Source of the DNA: an uncultured Bacilli bacterium
Lineage (GTDB): Bacteria; Bacillota_I; Bacilli_A; RF39; UBA660
Direction of reading: 5' to 3'
DNA length: 58,502 nucleotides
NCBI GenBank assembly: GCA_944332555.1
Contig: CALVKF010000004.1
Location: forward strand, 1-58,502
The notes below the pieces were generated by a model. It was given only the letters and a program-made list of their open reading frames with translations. It was not told where the DNA came from and did not search any database. Shown in pieces: positions 28,824 to 39,098 of the stretch. The translations under genes and the position numbers were made by a program. The stretch's first letter is position 1; each line of letters begins with the position of its first letter.

Positions 28824-29033
28824 ATGGGATTATTTAATTTATTTAATAATAATGATAAACAAGATTCTAAAGAATTTGGACTATTTTCTTTTTTAGAAGA
28901 AAATAGCATGAAAAAGAAAAATTCAAATTTAGAGGATTGGCAACAAAAATTAGTGAATGAGGGTAAATATGATTCTATTTCTTTTGAAAAAGATTTAGAA
29001 GAAGATGACTATTATTATGAGGATGATGAATAA
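28824..29033 (+). CDS. Small acidic hypothetical protein
   Basis: AAGGA RBS before MGLFNLF...; acidic tail LEEDDYYYEDDE. Confidence 0.5.
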   Translation: MGLFNLFNNNDKQDSKEFGLFSFLEENSMKKKNSNLEDWQQKLVNEGKYDSISFEKDLEEDDYYYEDDE

Positions 29034-29163
29034 TGTTGATAAAAAATAAGAAGTAGATAGTGCCCGTAAATACTGGTTTTTAATTGTCTTTAATTGATTT
29101 TACCTCTTATTTTTTATAATTATTAATGTTATTTAATACATTTATTGTATGTTTGTTTAATTA

Positions 29164-30489
29164 CTAATTATTAGCATTATTTTCTTTGCTATCTATCAAT
29201 ATTTGAGTGCCAAGCAAAGATATTGCTTCAAAAAATGGAAATCTTTCATAAGAATATTCGGTATTAAAAATTTCATAATAAGTATCCAATATCCTCTTTT
29301 TGAAATCGTTTGTATTTTCAAATTTAATTATTTCTCCTAGCCATCTTTGATAGTCAGTACCTATAATTTCACTATACAAAAAATCAGTTATAATTTTTTC
29401 TCCTTTTTTGGAGATGAACAAATTATATTTATTGACATCTTTAATTTTAAGTGCTAAAGCTATAGGTACGAAGATGCACGCATTAATATAATATAAATCT
29501 TTATTAAAATGTTTTTCACTCTCAATATACTCTTTAAGCATATTATAAAAGATAACAAATCTATTGCATTCTCTTAGTGAAAAATCAAAGTAATTCATTA
29601 CTAAATAACTTAAATCATGATAAATAAAAGGCCTATTGCAGAAATTAAGTTGATTTTGTAAATAAATTTTAATATCTTTAATTTCTAGACTTATAATAAA
29701 ATCATAAAATTTATTTAAATAACCATAGCCATCAAAATCACTACCATAATAGTTTTTAATTGTATTAGAAAGTTCCGAATTATTAGTTGAAACAATAATA
29801 GTTATTTTATCATTAGTATAAAAGTGTTTTATTGTTTCTAGCATTTCAACAGCAAATGTTGGTTTACAACGATCAAGTTCATCTATAATTAATATTAATC
29901 TTAATTTATCTTCTAAAATTTCATCTACAAGTTTATTAAAAGCTGTCTTCTTTTTTTCAATAGTTTTAATATTTTTCTCTAAATCATCAAAACTATTGAT
30001 TTGATCAAGATTATTAATATCGAAAAGCTTTCCACTTGCTGAGTACAGAAAATCTCTACAAAATGATTTAAGCATTTTTTTGAAATCTTTAAAATCAGCT
30101 ATTTGATTCTTCATTTTAGGATATTCATTTAATATATTATAAATTAAAGACTCGAGAGGATTGGTGTGCATATCGTTTTCCCAAGCATTATAATATACAA
30201 TAATATTTGTTTCATGTAAATTTTTTAATGATTGTTTATCATCGTCATTTATTATGCTATTATCTATATAATCTTCTATATGATCAACTAAATACTTAAA
30301 TTGTTTAATAAAGAATGTTTTTCCAGATCCCCATAGGCCATCAACAGAAATAGTTAAATTTTCTTTTGCATTTACCAGTAATTTCGAGAGCATTACTAAT
30401 TTGGAATTCCTTCTTAAAATGTTTTTCCTTATTGTTTCTTTTAAATTTTCATCATTTGGTTCTAATTCAAATTTTAACAAAGTAATCAT
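29164..30489 (-). CDS. KAP-family P-loop NTPase
   Basis: ISVDGLWGSGKT, YYNAWEND, IIDELDRCKP.FAVEMLE.IKH, YLNKFYD. Confidence 0.9.
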   Translation of the reverse strand: MITLLKFELEPNDENLKETIRKNILRRNSKLVMLSKLLVNAKENLTISVDGLWGSGKTFFIKQFKYLVDHIEDYIDNSIINDDDKQSLKNLHETNIIVYYNAWENDMHTNPLESLIYNILNEYPKMKNQIADFKDFKKMLKSFCRDFLYSASGKLFDINNLDQINSFDDLEKNIKTIEKKKTAFNKLVDEILEDKLRLILIIDELDRCKPTFAVEMLETIKHFYTNDKITIIVSTNNSELSNTIKNYYGSDFDGYGYLNKFYDFIISLEIKDIKIYLQNQLNFCNRPFIYHDLSYLVMNYFDFSLRECNRFVIFYNMLKEYIESEKHFNKDLYYINACIFVPIALALKIKDVNKYNLFISKKGEKIITDFLYSEIIGTDYQRWLGEIIKFENTNDFKKRILDTYYEIFNTEYSYERFPFFEAISLLGTQILIDSKENNANN

Positions 30490-30880
30490 CTCCTAACTTC
30501 AATAAGATTATACAACATTTTTGAGCATTTTCCTATAGAACTGTTGTTTTTTTTAATATAAAACGGGGAGGATTCCTTTGTGAAACTTTATATTTACAAC
30601 TCTATTATCATTTTATTCGTTTGTATTACAAGATTAGGATGATTATTTAATGGTTAAAATAAAAATGAATTATCTTTTACTTCAGGGGACAGAAACTAAT
30701 TTCTTTAAAAGTATTTTATTATTTTATGTTTGGAAAAGAAAATGGTGATAATGTCAATATAAAAAATGTAGGTTTAGTAGTAAAATAATTATATTAACTA
30801 TTTTTTATTCTAAATTATATTTTTTTATGTTATAGTATTTATATAAAGTAATTGTTTATAAGAAAGTGTTGGTGATATAG

Positions 30881-33376
30881 ATGAACGATTTGCTATCTTT
30901 AACAGATTTGTTTAATAGAAAGATTTTTAGAATTCCTGATTATCAAAGAGGATATTCTTGGTGTAACTTGCAATTAGAAGAATTTTGGAGTGATATTTTA
31001 AATTTGTTACCCGATAGAGAACATTATACAGGAATGATATCATTAAAAAAATTAAATAAAAGTGATATAGATAATGAAAAATGGAATGATGAAAGGTGGC
31101 TTTTAGATAATTGGAGTTATGATGCATATCATATTGTGGATGGTCAACAAAGACTTACTACATTTATTATTTTAATTAATGAAATAGTAAATTTTTACAA
31201 AAAAATAAATCCAGATAAAGATTTAAGTCAAATTTTTGTAAATAGTATTCCTTTGAATAAAATACAAGAAGAATTTTTAGTAGTATCTAAACCGGATTCA
31301 GCAGATATTATAAAAACATATAAATTTGGTTATGAGATAGATAATCCTAGTTATGAGTTTTTTAAACATAAGATTTTGGGGGAACCTAATTCGGGGATTT
31401 TAGATGAAACATTTTACACTTTAAATTTAGAAAAAGCTAAAAATTTTTTTGAAGAAAAAATTAATGAGGAATATAATGAAAATGGAATAGCTTCTATAGA
31501 AAATATTTTTAAAAAAATAACACAAAAAATGAAATTTAACATGTATTATATTGATAATGATTTTAATGTTTATGTAGCATTTGAAACAATGAATAATAGA
31601 GGAAAAAGGCTTTCTAATCTTGAACTTTTAAAAAATAGATTAATATATTTGTCTACTATTTTCGATGAAGATGAAGATGACAGAAAAGCTGTTAGAGAAA
31701 ACATTAATAAAACATGGAAAGATGTTTATAAATATTTAGGTATGAATAAAAACAAACCTTTAAATGATGAAGATTTTTTGCAAGATCATTGGATCATATA
31801 TTTTGGTTATACTAGGTCTAATAAAGTAACATATTCTTCATTTTTATTAAATGATTATTTTAATCAAAATAATATTTCTGATAAATATATTATAAAATCA
31901 TCGGAAGTATCTGATGATTACCAAATGGAAAATATTGATGTATCAGAAATTGAAGATTTTGAAGAAGATGAAACAATAGATAATAAAAAGGAAAAATTAA
32001 CATTAAATAGTATTAGCAAATATATAAATAGTGTAAAATCTTTAATACCTTATTGGTATATTTTACAAAATCCTGATGGTTTTGATGTTGATTCTTCTAT
32101 TGATTCTTCTATTAAAGAGATGCTAAAAAAATTAAATCGATTACAATTTGTATATTTTAAACCCCTTATAACTGTTTTACTTTATAAAAATGATATTAGT
32201 GTTGAAAAGAAGGTTGAATGTTTACAAAAAATAGAAAGGTATATATTCTTACATTTTAGATTAGTTAATTATCAATCAACATATAGGAATAGTTTTTTCT
32301 GGAATTTATCACATAAATTTTATATAAATGAGGTTAATGTTAATGATGTTATTAATGAACTTAATAAAATAGATTATTTAGCAGATAATAAAGTTGCTAA
32401 TATGAGTAATATCTTGAATAATATTAATAGATTATTTAAAAATTATAAAGGATACTATTCATGGCCTGCTAGAACTTATTTTCTTTATGAATATGAACTA
32501 TATTTAATGGATAATCAAGGAAATCAAAGAATATATCCGGAAAATTTGTTTAAAAAAGATGACAAAGATAAAGTGTCAATAGAACATATTTATCCTCAAA
32601 CAGATACTGATAAATATTGGGTAGATAGATTTGGCAATTATACGGAACTGGAACAAAAACATTTAAATGGTTCTTTAGGTAATTTATTACCATTGTCATT
32701 GAGTATTAATATAAAATTACAAAATTATTCTTTTGATGATAAAAAGAATGGTAAAGATGGTAGAAGAGGATACAAAGATGGTTCTCATTCGGAAGTAGAA
32801 GTTTCTAGATATGATGAGTGGACTCCAGATACTATATTAGATAGAGGATTAAAATTAATTCAATTTATGGAAAAAAGATTTGATTTTATTGTTCCTAATA
32901 AGGCCGAGAGAATAAAAATGTTGGGCTTAGATTTTATGATTGATGAAAATGATGAAACTATAGATGTTACTATCCCTGAAATAAAGGAAAATTTAAATCA
33001 AAATAGTAAGAAAGTCTCATATTCTGAAGAAGATTATATTAGATTATCATCTAATACAAAAAATCCTCATTTGCTTGAAATTTATAAAATGTTGGATTCA
33101 TACATTTTAAGTTTGGGTGATGATATAAAAAAGAATTCAACAAAACATTATATTTCTTATACTAATGGTAAGTCATTTGTTGAGTTTCATTTTTATAAAA
33201 AATATTTACATTTAACAATTATGTCTGGCGAATATGATGATTCACAAAATAAAATAAAAAAGTTAGATGAACGATATAATTGGTCTAATACTAATGCATT
33301 GGACATTTATGAGGATGATGATATAGAATATATTAAATATCTGTTAAAGCAAAGTTATGAAAAGACATTTAAATAG
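30881..33376 (+). CDS. GmrSD-family (DUF262-DUF1524) modification-dependent restriction protein with DUF5655-like C-terminus
   Basis: IPDYQRGYSW, VDGQQRLTT, FETMNNRGKRLS, SIEHIYPQ...LGNLLPL...N. Confidence 0.9.
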   Translation: MNDLLSLTDLFNRKIFRIPDYQRGYSWCNLQLEEFWSDILNLLPDREHYTGMISLKKLNKSDIDNEKWNDERWLLDNWSYDAYHIVDGQQRLTTFIILINEIVNFYKKINPDKDLSQIFVNSIPLNKIQEEFLVVSKPDSADIIKTYKFGYEIDNPSYEFFKHKILGEPNSGILDETFYTLNLEKAKNFFEEKINEEYNENGIASIENIFKKITQKMKFNMYYIDNDFNVYVAFETMNNRGKRLSNLELLKNRLIYLSTIFDEDEDDRKAVRENINKTWKDVYKYLGMNKNKPLNDEDFLQDHWIIYFGYTRSNKVTYSSFLLNDYFNQNNISDKYIIKSSEVSDDYQMENIDVSEIEDFEEDETIDNKKEKLTLNSISKYINSVKSLIPYWYILQNPDGFDVDSSIDSSIKEMLKKLNRLQFVYFKPLITVLLYKNDISVEKKVECLQKIERYIFLHFRLVNYQSTYRNSFFWNLSHKFYINEVNVNDVINELNKIDYLADNKVANMSNILNNINRLFKNYKGYYSWPARTYFLYEYELYLMDNQGNQRIYPENLFKKDDKDKVSIEHIYPQTDTDKYWVDRFGNYTELEQKHLNGSLGNLLPLSLSINIKLQNYSFDDKKNGKDGRRGYKDGSHSEVEVSRYDEWTPDTILDRGLKLIQFMEKRFDFIVPNKAERIKMLGLDFMIDENDETIDVTIPEIKENLNQNSKKVSYSEEDYIRLSSNTKNPHLLEIYKMLDSYILSLGDDIKKNSTKHYISYTNGKSFVEFHFYKKYLHLTIMSGEYDDSQNKIKKLDERYNWSNTNALDIYEDDDIEYIKYLLKQSYEKTFK

Positions 33377-33561
33377 TGTAGAAATAAAAATCTACATTTT
33401 TTGTTTTTAACATTATTAAATAATTTATAAAAATTTAAAATTATGGTATAATGAAAAAGAAAAGTTGGACATAATGAAGTTAAAAATAAAAAATGCAAAA
33501 AAAGCTTTATTAAAACAACTTACTAAAATAGAAATTAATAGATTTAATGATTGGAGTAAAA

Positions 33562-34260
33562 ATGGAAAATGTAAAAAATGCAGAAACTTTTAGAAGAAAA
33601 TTTTTAGAGTTTGAAAATCTTACTACACACGAAGAAGATAACGATGAAAAATTAGCAAGTAAAATTAAAGAATTGAAAAATAAACGAAGAGAACCATATT
33701 ATTCAAAATATGATTTTATTAATTTTTGTAGAGATTGTAGAAATAGAATATCGCATGATGGGTATGAAAATGATTTTATTTTTTATAGTGAAGAAATGAT
33801 AAAAAAATTAGAAGATGTTATTGAAGAAATAAAACATCCTTATAAAGTTTATGATAAAGCTACAAAAAATGTATATTCTGCTAATTTAAATGATAATGTC
33901 AGAAAAGTAATGTTCGAAATGACAAATAAAAACTATACACATATTCCTATTTACGATAATGATAAGTTAGTAGGTGTATTTAGTGAAGGTGTATTATTTA
34001 ATTATTTATATAAAAATCAAATTGTAGAAATAGATGACGATACAATATTTGCTGATATTTTAGATTTTATAAGTTTTGATAATTTAAAGGAAATTATAAA
34101 ATTTGTGGATAGAAATAAATTATATGATGATGTGTGTTTAGAGTTTGTTAATGAATTTAAAAAAGGAAGCAAATTATCATGTGTTTTAGTTACTCAAACG
34201 GGTAAACCACAAGAAAAGGTAATAGGTATTCTTACATCTTGGGATATACTTGGAAGATAA
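33562..34260 (+). CDS. HEPN-like domain plus tandem CBS domain protein
   Basis: RNRISH (RxxxxH) in a helical N-terminus; YTHIPIYD..KLVGVFSE and VLVT..G....VIGILTSWD CBS pair. Confidence 0.75.
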   Translation: MENVKNAETFRRKFLEFENLTTHEEDNDEKLASKIKELKNKRREPYYSKYDFINFCRDCRNRISHDGYENDFIFYSEEMIKKLEDVIEEIKHPYKVYDKATKNVYSANLNDNVRKVMFEMTNKNYTHIPIYDNDKLVGVFSEGVLFNYLYKNQIVEIDDDTIFADILDFISFDNLKEIIKFVDRNKLYDDVCLEFVNEFKKGSKLSCVLVTQTGKPQEKVIGILTSWDILGR

Positions 34261-34293
34261 TTTGATATGAAATATTAGAATGGAGAAATAATT

Positions 34294-37200
34294 ATGACTG
34301 TAAATGAATTATTAAAAACAATGAATAATGTTTTTGGAAATGAACGAGATAAAGGAACTGCATTTGAAAATTTAATAAAAATATATTTAGAACACGAACC
34401 AGCTTACATGTCTATGATATCAGATGTGTGGACTTGGAAAGAATTTCCATATAGAGATAATATTGGAGATACAGGGATTGACTTAGTTGCAAGAACTTAT
34501 GATGGACAATTTTGGGCAATACAATGTAAATTTTACAATGAAAATTATGAGATTTCTAAGGGAGATATTGATACTTTTTTGGCGACTTCATCAAAATATT
34601 TTTTTGTTAATGGTGAAAAAACAAAATTTGATTATAGGATTATTGCATCTACAACTACTCACTATAATCATATTGCAGAACAAACGCTGGAAAACCAAGA
34701 CCCTCCAGTTGGAAAAATTGGATTAAGTGATTTACAGGAATCTCAAATAGATTGGGTGAATACATTTAGGTTTAATCAAGAAAGAAAAATTCAAATGGTA
34801 GAACCAAAAAAGATAAAAGATTATCAACAAGAAGCGATTGATGCTGTTATTAATGGTTTTCTTAATAATGATCGTGGAAAACTGATCATGGCATGTGGAA
34901 CAGGAAAAACCTTTACAAGTTTAAAAATTGCCGAAAAACAATTAAATGGTAAGGGAAATGTTTTATTTTTGGTTCCTTCAATTGCACTTGCAAGTCAAAC
35001 TTTATTTGAATGGGCTTCTCAAAGCAATTATTTATACAACGCTTGTGTAGTATGTAGCGATAATAAGGCTTCTAAAGGTGATGAATCTGTAGATTTAGGA
35101 ATTCCATCTACAACAAATGTACAAAGATTATTAGAATGGTATAATAATTCAAAAAAATTAAATAGAGATATGAATTTTATCTTTTCTACATATCAGTCAA
35201 TTGATGTAATTTCTAAATTTTCAAAAGAGATAGATTTAGAGTTTGATTTGATAATTTGTGATGAAGCGCACAGAACAACTGGTGTAACATTAAGTGATGA
35301 AGATGAAAGCTATTTTGTAAAGGTACATGATAATAATTTTATTAAGGCTAAAAAAAGATTATATATGACTGCTACTCCTAAAATTTATGGCGATGGTGTT
35401 AAAGGAAGAGTTAAGGAAGTAAATGCTGTATTATGTTCAATGGATGATGAAAGTATTTATGGTCCAGAATTTTATAAATTATCTTTTAGTGATGCTGTAA
35501 AACGAGGTTTATTGACTGATTACAAGGTTTTGGTGTTAGCAGTTGATGAAGAATATGTAAAAATAGAGTTGCAAGATTTATTAAAAGATGAAAATCATGA
35601 GATAAAATTGGATGACTCTGTTAAGATAATGGGATGTTGGAATGGCTTGTCAAAAATATCCACTTGGGATGAAAAAGAAAATTTCTTATCTGATCCAGCA
35701 CCTATGAAACGGGCTGTTGCCTTTTGTAATAGAATAAAAGATTCACAAAAATTAGTAGAAATGTTTAAAATAATTCAAGAACATGTTAGAAGTGAATACA
35801 GGCCCGACAAAGAAAAACTTGTAAAAATTGATATTAAACATGTTGATGGTACTTTTAATGCTTTAGAAAAAAAAGAAAGAATCAATTGGCTAAAAGACGA
35901 TATTAAAGATGGAGAATGTAGAATACTTTCTAATGCGAGGTGTTTATCAGAAGGTGTAGATGTTCCAGCATTAGATGCAGTAATCTTTCTTAATCCAAGA
36001 AGTAGTATGATAGATATTATTCAATCTGTTGGAAGAGTAATGAGAAAGGCAGAAGGAAAAAAATATGGGTATGTTATACTACCAATTGGAGTTTCTGCAT
36101 CAGAAAATCCAGAAGAAGCATTAGACAATAATGAAAAATATAAGTTAGTTTGGGAAGTATTACAGGCTTTGAGAGCCCATGATGATCGTTTCAATAATAC
36201 TATTAATAAGATAGATTTAAATAAGAAAAAACCAGATCAAATTGAAGTTATTGGTATAGGTTCATCTAAAGAACAAGATATAGATAATGGAACTAAAACA
36301 ATTAAAGTGAAAGATAATATAAAGCAAAAAGTTCAATTAACTCTTGATTTAAAAACTTTTGATGAATGGAAGGATTCAATTTATGCAAAAATGGTAAAAA
36401 GAGTTGGTTCTAGAATATATTGGGAAATGTGGGCTAAAGATGTCGCTGATATTGCAACATCTCATATGAAAAAAATTAAAGAACTTTTAGCTACTGATGA
36501 CCCCAAAATAAAAAAAGCAATTACAGAATTTATAGAAGGTTTACGACAAAACCTTAATAATTCCATAACTGAAGATGATGCGATAGAAATGTTGGCAGAA
36601 CATATGATTACTAAACCAGTGTTTAATGCATTATTTGATCAATATGAATTTGTAAATAACAATCCTGTTTCTCAAACAATGCAAAAAATGATAGATATTT
36701 TAGATAAACAATTTACGGAAGAAGAAAGAAAAAAACTTGATGAATTTTATGAAAGTATAAAAGAAAGAGCCCAAGGTATTGATAATGCTATTGGTAAGCA
36801 AAAAATAATCCTTGAATTATATGAAAAATTCTTTAAAACTGCATTGCCTAAAGAAGTAGAAAAATTAGGAATTGTATATACTCCGACAGAATGTGTAGAT
36901 TTTATTATTAATAGTGTAGAGTATTTAATGAAAAAAGAATTTGGTAAAAGTCTTTCGGACCATGGAATACATATAATAGATGGCTTTACGGGAACGGGAA
37001 CTTTTATTGTTAGATTATTACAGAGTTGTATAATTAAGCCTCAAGATTTATTATATAAATATACTAATGATATTCACGCTAATGAAATAGTGTTACTTGC
37101 ATACTATATTGCGGCAATTAATATTGAAGAAACTTTTCATGAGTTAAATAAGAATAAAGAGTATATTCCATTTGATGGAATTGTATTAACAGATACATTT

Positions 37201-39069
37201 CAATTATATGAAGACAGTAATGAGCATGAATGGACAAAAAATATAAATGAATTAGCGTTGCCACAAAATAATGAAAGAGCATTAAAACAAAGAGAACTGC
37301 CTATAACTGTTTGTATTGGGAACCCACCTTATTCAATTGGCCAAAAGTCTGCAAATGATAATGCTCAAAATTTGTCTTATCCCAAATTGGACTCTAGAAT
37401 TACAAATACTTATGCTGTTAATTCTAAAGCAAATTTAAAAAAAGGATTATATGATTTATACATTAAAGCATTTAGGTGGGCTTCTGATAGAATTAAGGAT
37501 AATGGGATTGTTGCGTATATTACTAATGGTTCATATATTGATAATCAGGGTATGGATGGATTTAGAAAATGTTTGCTAGAAGAATTTACATCAATTTATG
37601 TGTTTAATTTGAGAGGAAATCAAAGAACATCAGGAGAAACATCTAGAAAAGAAGGCGGAAAAATTTTTGGTAGTGGTAGTAGGACACCAGTTGCTATTAC
37701 ATTTTTAATAAAAAATAAAGAAAGAAATCATGATAATTTTATTCATTATTATGATATTGGAGATTATTTAACTAGAGAACAAAAATTAAATATAATAAGT
37801 CGTTTTAATAATGTAGAAAATATTAAATGGAATCATATTGTTCCTGATGCAAATAATGATTGGATAAATAAAAAAAATTATCAATTTAAAAATTTAGAAC
37901 CAATGGCCCCAATTAATAAAAATGATATGAAATCAAAATCATATTTTACAAATTATGCAATTGGTTTAGTAACTAATAGAGATAATTGGGTCTATAATTT
38001 TAGCAGAAAAAAATTAAGTAAAAATATTAATGTTATGCTATGTAATTATGAGAATGAAAGGTTAAAAATGTTAAATGACAATAATTATTCAATTACAACC
38101 AATGAAACTTTGATAAGTTGGTCAGCTGGGCTAAAAAAGAAGCTAAATCAAAATGTTAAAATAGAGTTTAATCAAGATAAAATACTAACATGCCTTTATA
38201 GACCATTTTGTAAAGAATATTTATATTATGACAATAACATTATTGAACGACCAGGTAAACTGGCTAATTTACATCTTGCATATAACAAAGTTATTTGTGT
38301 ACATGGTTTTGGTGGAAGTAAAGGCTTTTCTTGTTTGATAACAGATAAATATAATGATCTTCAGCTCATTGAAAATGGTCAGTGTTTTCCCTTGTACTGG
38401 TATGAAGAAAAACATAATAATACATTATTTGGAGAACAAAATATTATTAAACACGATGTAATAACCGATTATATAAAAAATAAAATAGAAAAACAATATT
38501 TAAAAGAAATAGATAAGGAAGATATATTTTATTATGTATATGGAATTTTACATTCTGAAGATTATAGAAATACATTTGCATCTGATTTAAAAAAATCTTT
38601 ACCAAGAATACCAATAGTTGATAAATATGAAGATTTTGTTGCATTTAGTAATGCTGGAAAAAAGCTAGCCGATTTACATTTAAATTATGAAAGCGTAAAG
38701 CTTTATTCTAAGTGTAAAATTTATATATATCCAGGAGCAAATTATAAGGTAACAAAAATGAAATTTGGAAAAAGTAAAAATAATAATAAAGATAAAACGA
38801 TTATTGAATATAATGAAAAAATAACAATTTCTAATATACCTGAAAAAGCTTATGAATATATAGTTAATGGAAAATCGGCAATAGAATGGATTATGGAGAG
38901 ATACGCAATTACAACTGATAAAAAAAGTGGTATAGTAAATGATCCAAATGATTGGTGTAAAGAAGTAAATGATGAAAAATATATATTTAATTTATTATTA
39001 AAAATTATTAATATTTCCATTAAAACAGTGGATATTGTAAATTCTTTACCAAAATTAAATTTTGACTAG
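34294..39069 (+). CDS. Type ISP restriction-modification enzyme (LlaGI/LlaBIII-like)
   Basis: Mrr-like GIDLVA...AIQCK; SF2 helicase MACGTGKT, DEAH, TATP, QSVGRVMR; MTase FTGTGTF, GNPPY; C-terminal TRD. Confidence 0.95.
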   Translation: MTVNELLKTMNNVFGNERDKGTAFENLIKIYLEHEPAYMSMISDVWTWKEFPYRDNIGDTGIDLVARTYDGQFWAIQCKFYNENYEISKGDIDTFLATSSKYFFVNGEKTKFDYRIIASTTTHYNHIAEQTLENQDPPVGKIGLSDLQESQIDWVNTFRFNQERKIQMVEPKKIKDYQQEAIDAVINGFLNNDRGKLIMACGTGKTFTSLKIAEKQLNGKGNVLFLVPSIALASQTLFEWASQSNYLYNACVVCSDNKASKGDESVDLGIPSTTNVQRLLEWYNNSKKLNRDMNFIFSTYQSIDVISKFSKEIDLEFDLIICDEAHRTTGVTLSDEDESYFVKVHDNNFIKAKKRLYMTATPKIYGDGVKGRVKEVNAVLCSMDDESIYGPEFYKLSFSDAVKRGLLTDYKVLVLAVDEEYVKIELQDLLKDENHEIKLDDSVKIMGCWNGLSKISTWDEKENFLSDPAPMKRAVAFCNRIKDSQKLVEMFKIIQEHVRSEYRPDKEKLVKIDIKHVDGTFNALEKKERINWLKDDIKDGECRILSNARCLSEGVDVPALDAVIFLNPRSSMIDIIQSVGRVMRKAEGKKYGYVILPIGVSASENPEEALDNNEKYKLVWEVLQALRAHDDRFNNTINKIDLNKKKPDQIEVIGIGSSKEQDIDNGTKTIKVKDNIKQKVQLTLDLKTFDEWKDSIYAKMVKRVGSRIYWEMWAKDVADIATSHMKKIKELLATDDPKIKKAITEFIEGLRQNLNNSITEDDAIEMLAEHMITKPVFNALFDQYEFVNNNPVSQTMQKMIDILDKQFTEEERKKLDEFYESIKERAQGIDNAIGKQKIILELYEKFFKTALPKEVEKLGIVYTPTECVDFIINSVEYLMKKEFGKSLSDHGIHIIDGFTGTGTFIVRLLQSCIIKPQDLLYKYTNDIHANEIVLLAYYIAAINIEETFHELNKNKEYIPFDGIVLTDTFQLYEDSNEHEWTKNINELALPQNNERALKQRELPITVCIGNPPYSIGQKSANDNAQNLSYPKLDSRITNTYAVNSKANLKKGLYDLYIKAFRWASDRIKDNGIVAYITNGSYIDNQGMDGFRKCLLEEFTSIYVFNLRGNQRTSGETSRKEGGKIFGSGSRTPVAITFLIKNKERNHDNFIHYYDIGDYLTREQKLNIISRFNNVENIKWNHIVPDANNDWINKKNYQFKNLEPMAPINKNDMKSKSYFTNYAIGLVTNRDNWVYNFSRKKLSKNINVMLCNYENERLKMLNDNNYSITTNETLISWSAGLKKKLNQNVKIEFNQDKILTCLYRPFCKEYLYYDNNIIERPGKLANLHLAYNKVICVHGFGGSKGFSCLITDKYNDLQLIENGQCFPLYWYEEKHNNTLFGEQNIIKHDVITDYIKNKIEKQYLKEIDKEDIFYYVYGILHSEDYRNTFASDLKKSLPRIPIVDKYEDFVAFSNAGKKLADLHLNYESVKLYSKCKIYIYPGANYKVTKMKFGKSKNNNKDKTIIEYNEKITISNIPEKAYEYIVNGKSAIEWIMERYAITTDKKSGIVNDPNDWCKEVNDEKYIFNLLLKIINISIKTVDIVNSLPKLNFD

Positions 39070-39098
39070 AAAAACATTTTAAAATATTGGGAGTACAT

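Noticed and set aside
32088-32111. 12-bp tandem duplication TTGATTCTTCTA in gmrSD
   Set aside because: In-frame two-copy slippage (DSSIDSSI) in a likely loop; no sign of phase variation
33474-33593. 39-aa basic ORF overlapping the HEPN-CBS start
   Set aside because: Short, weak RBS and low complexity; cannot be supported
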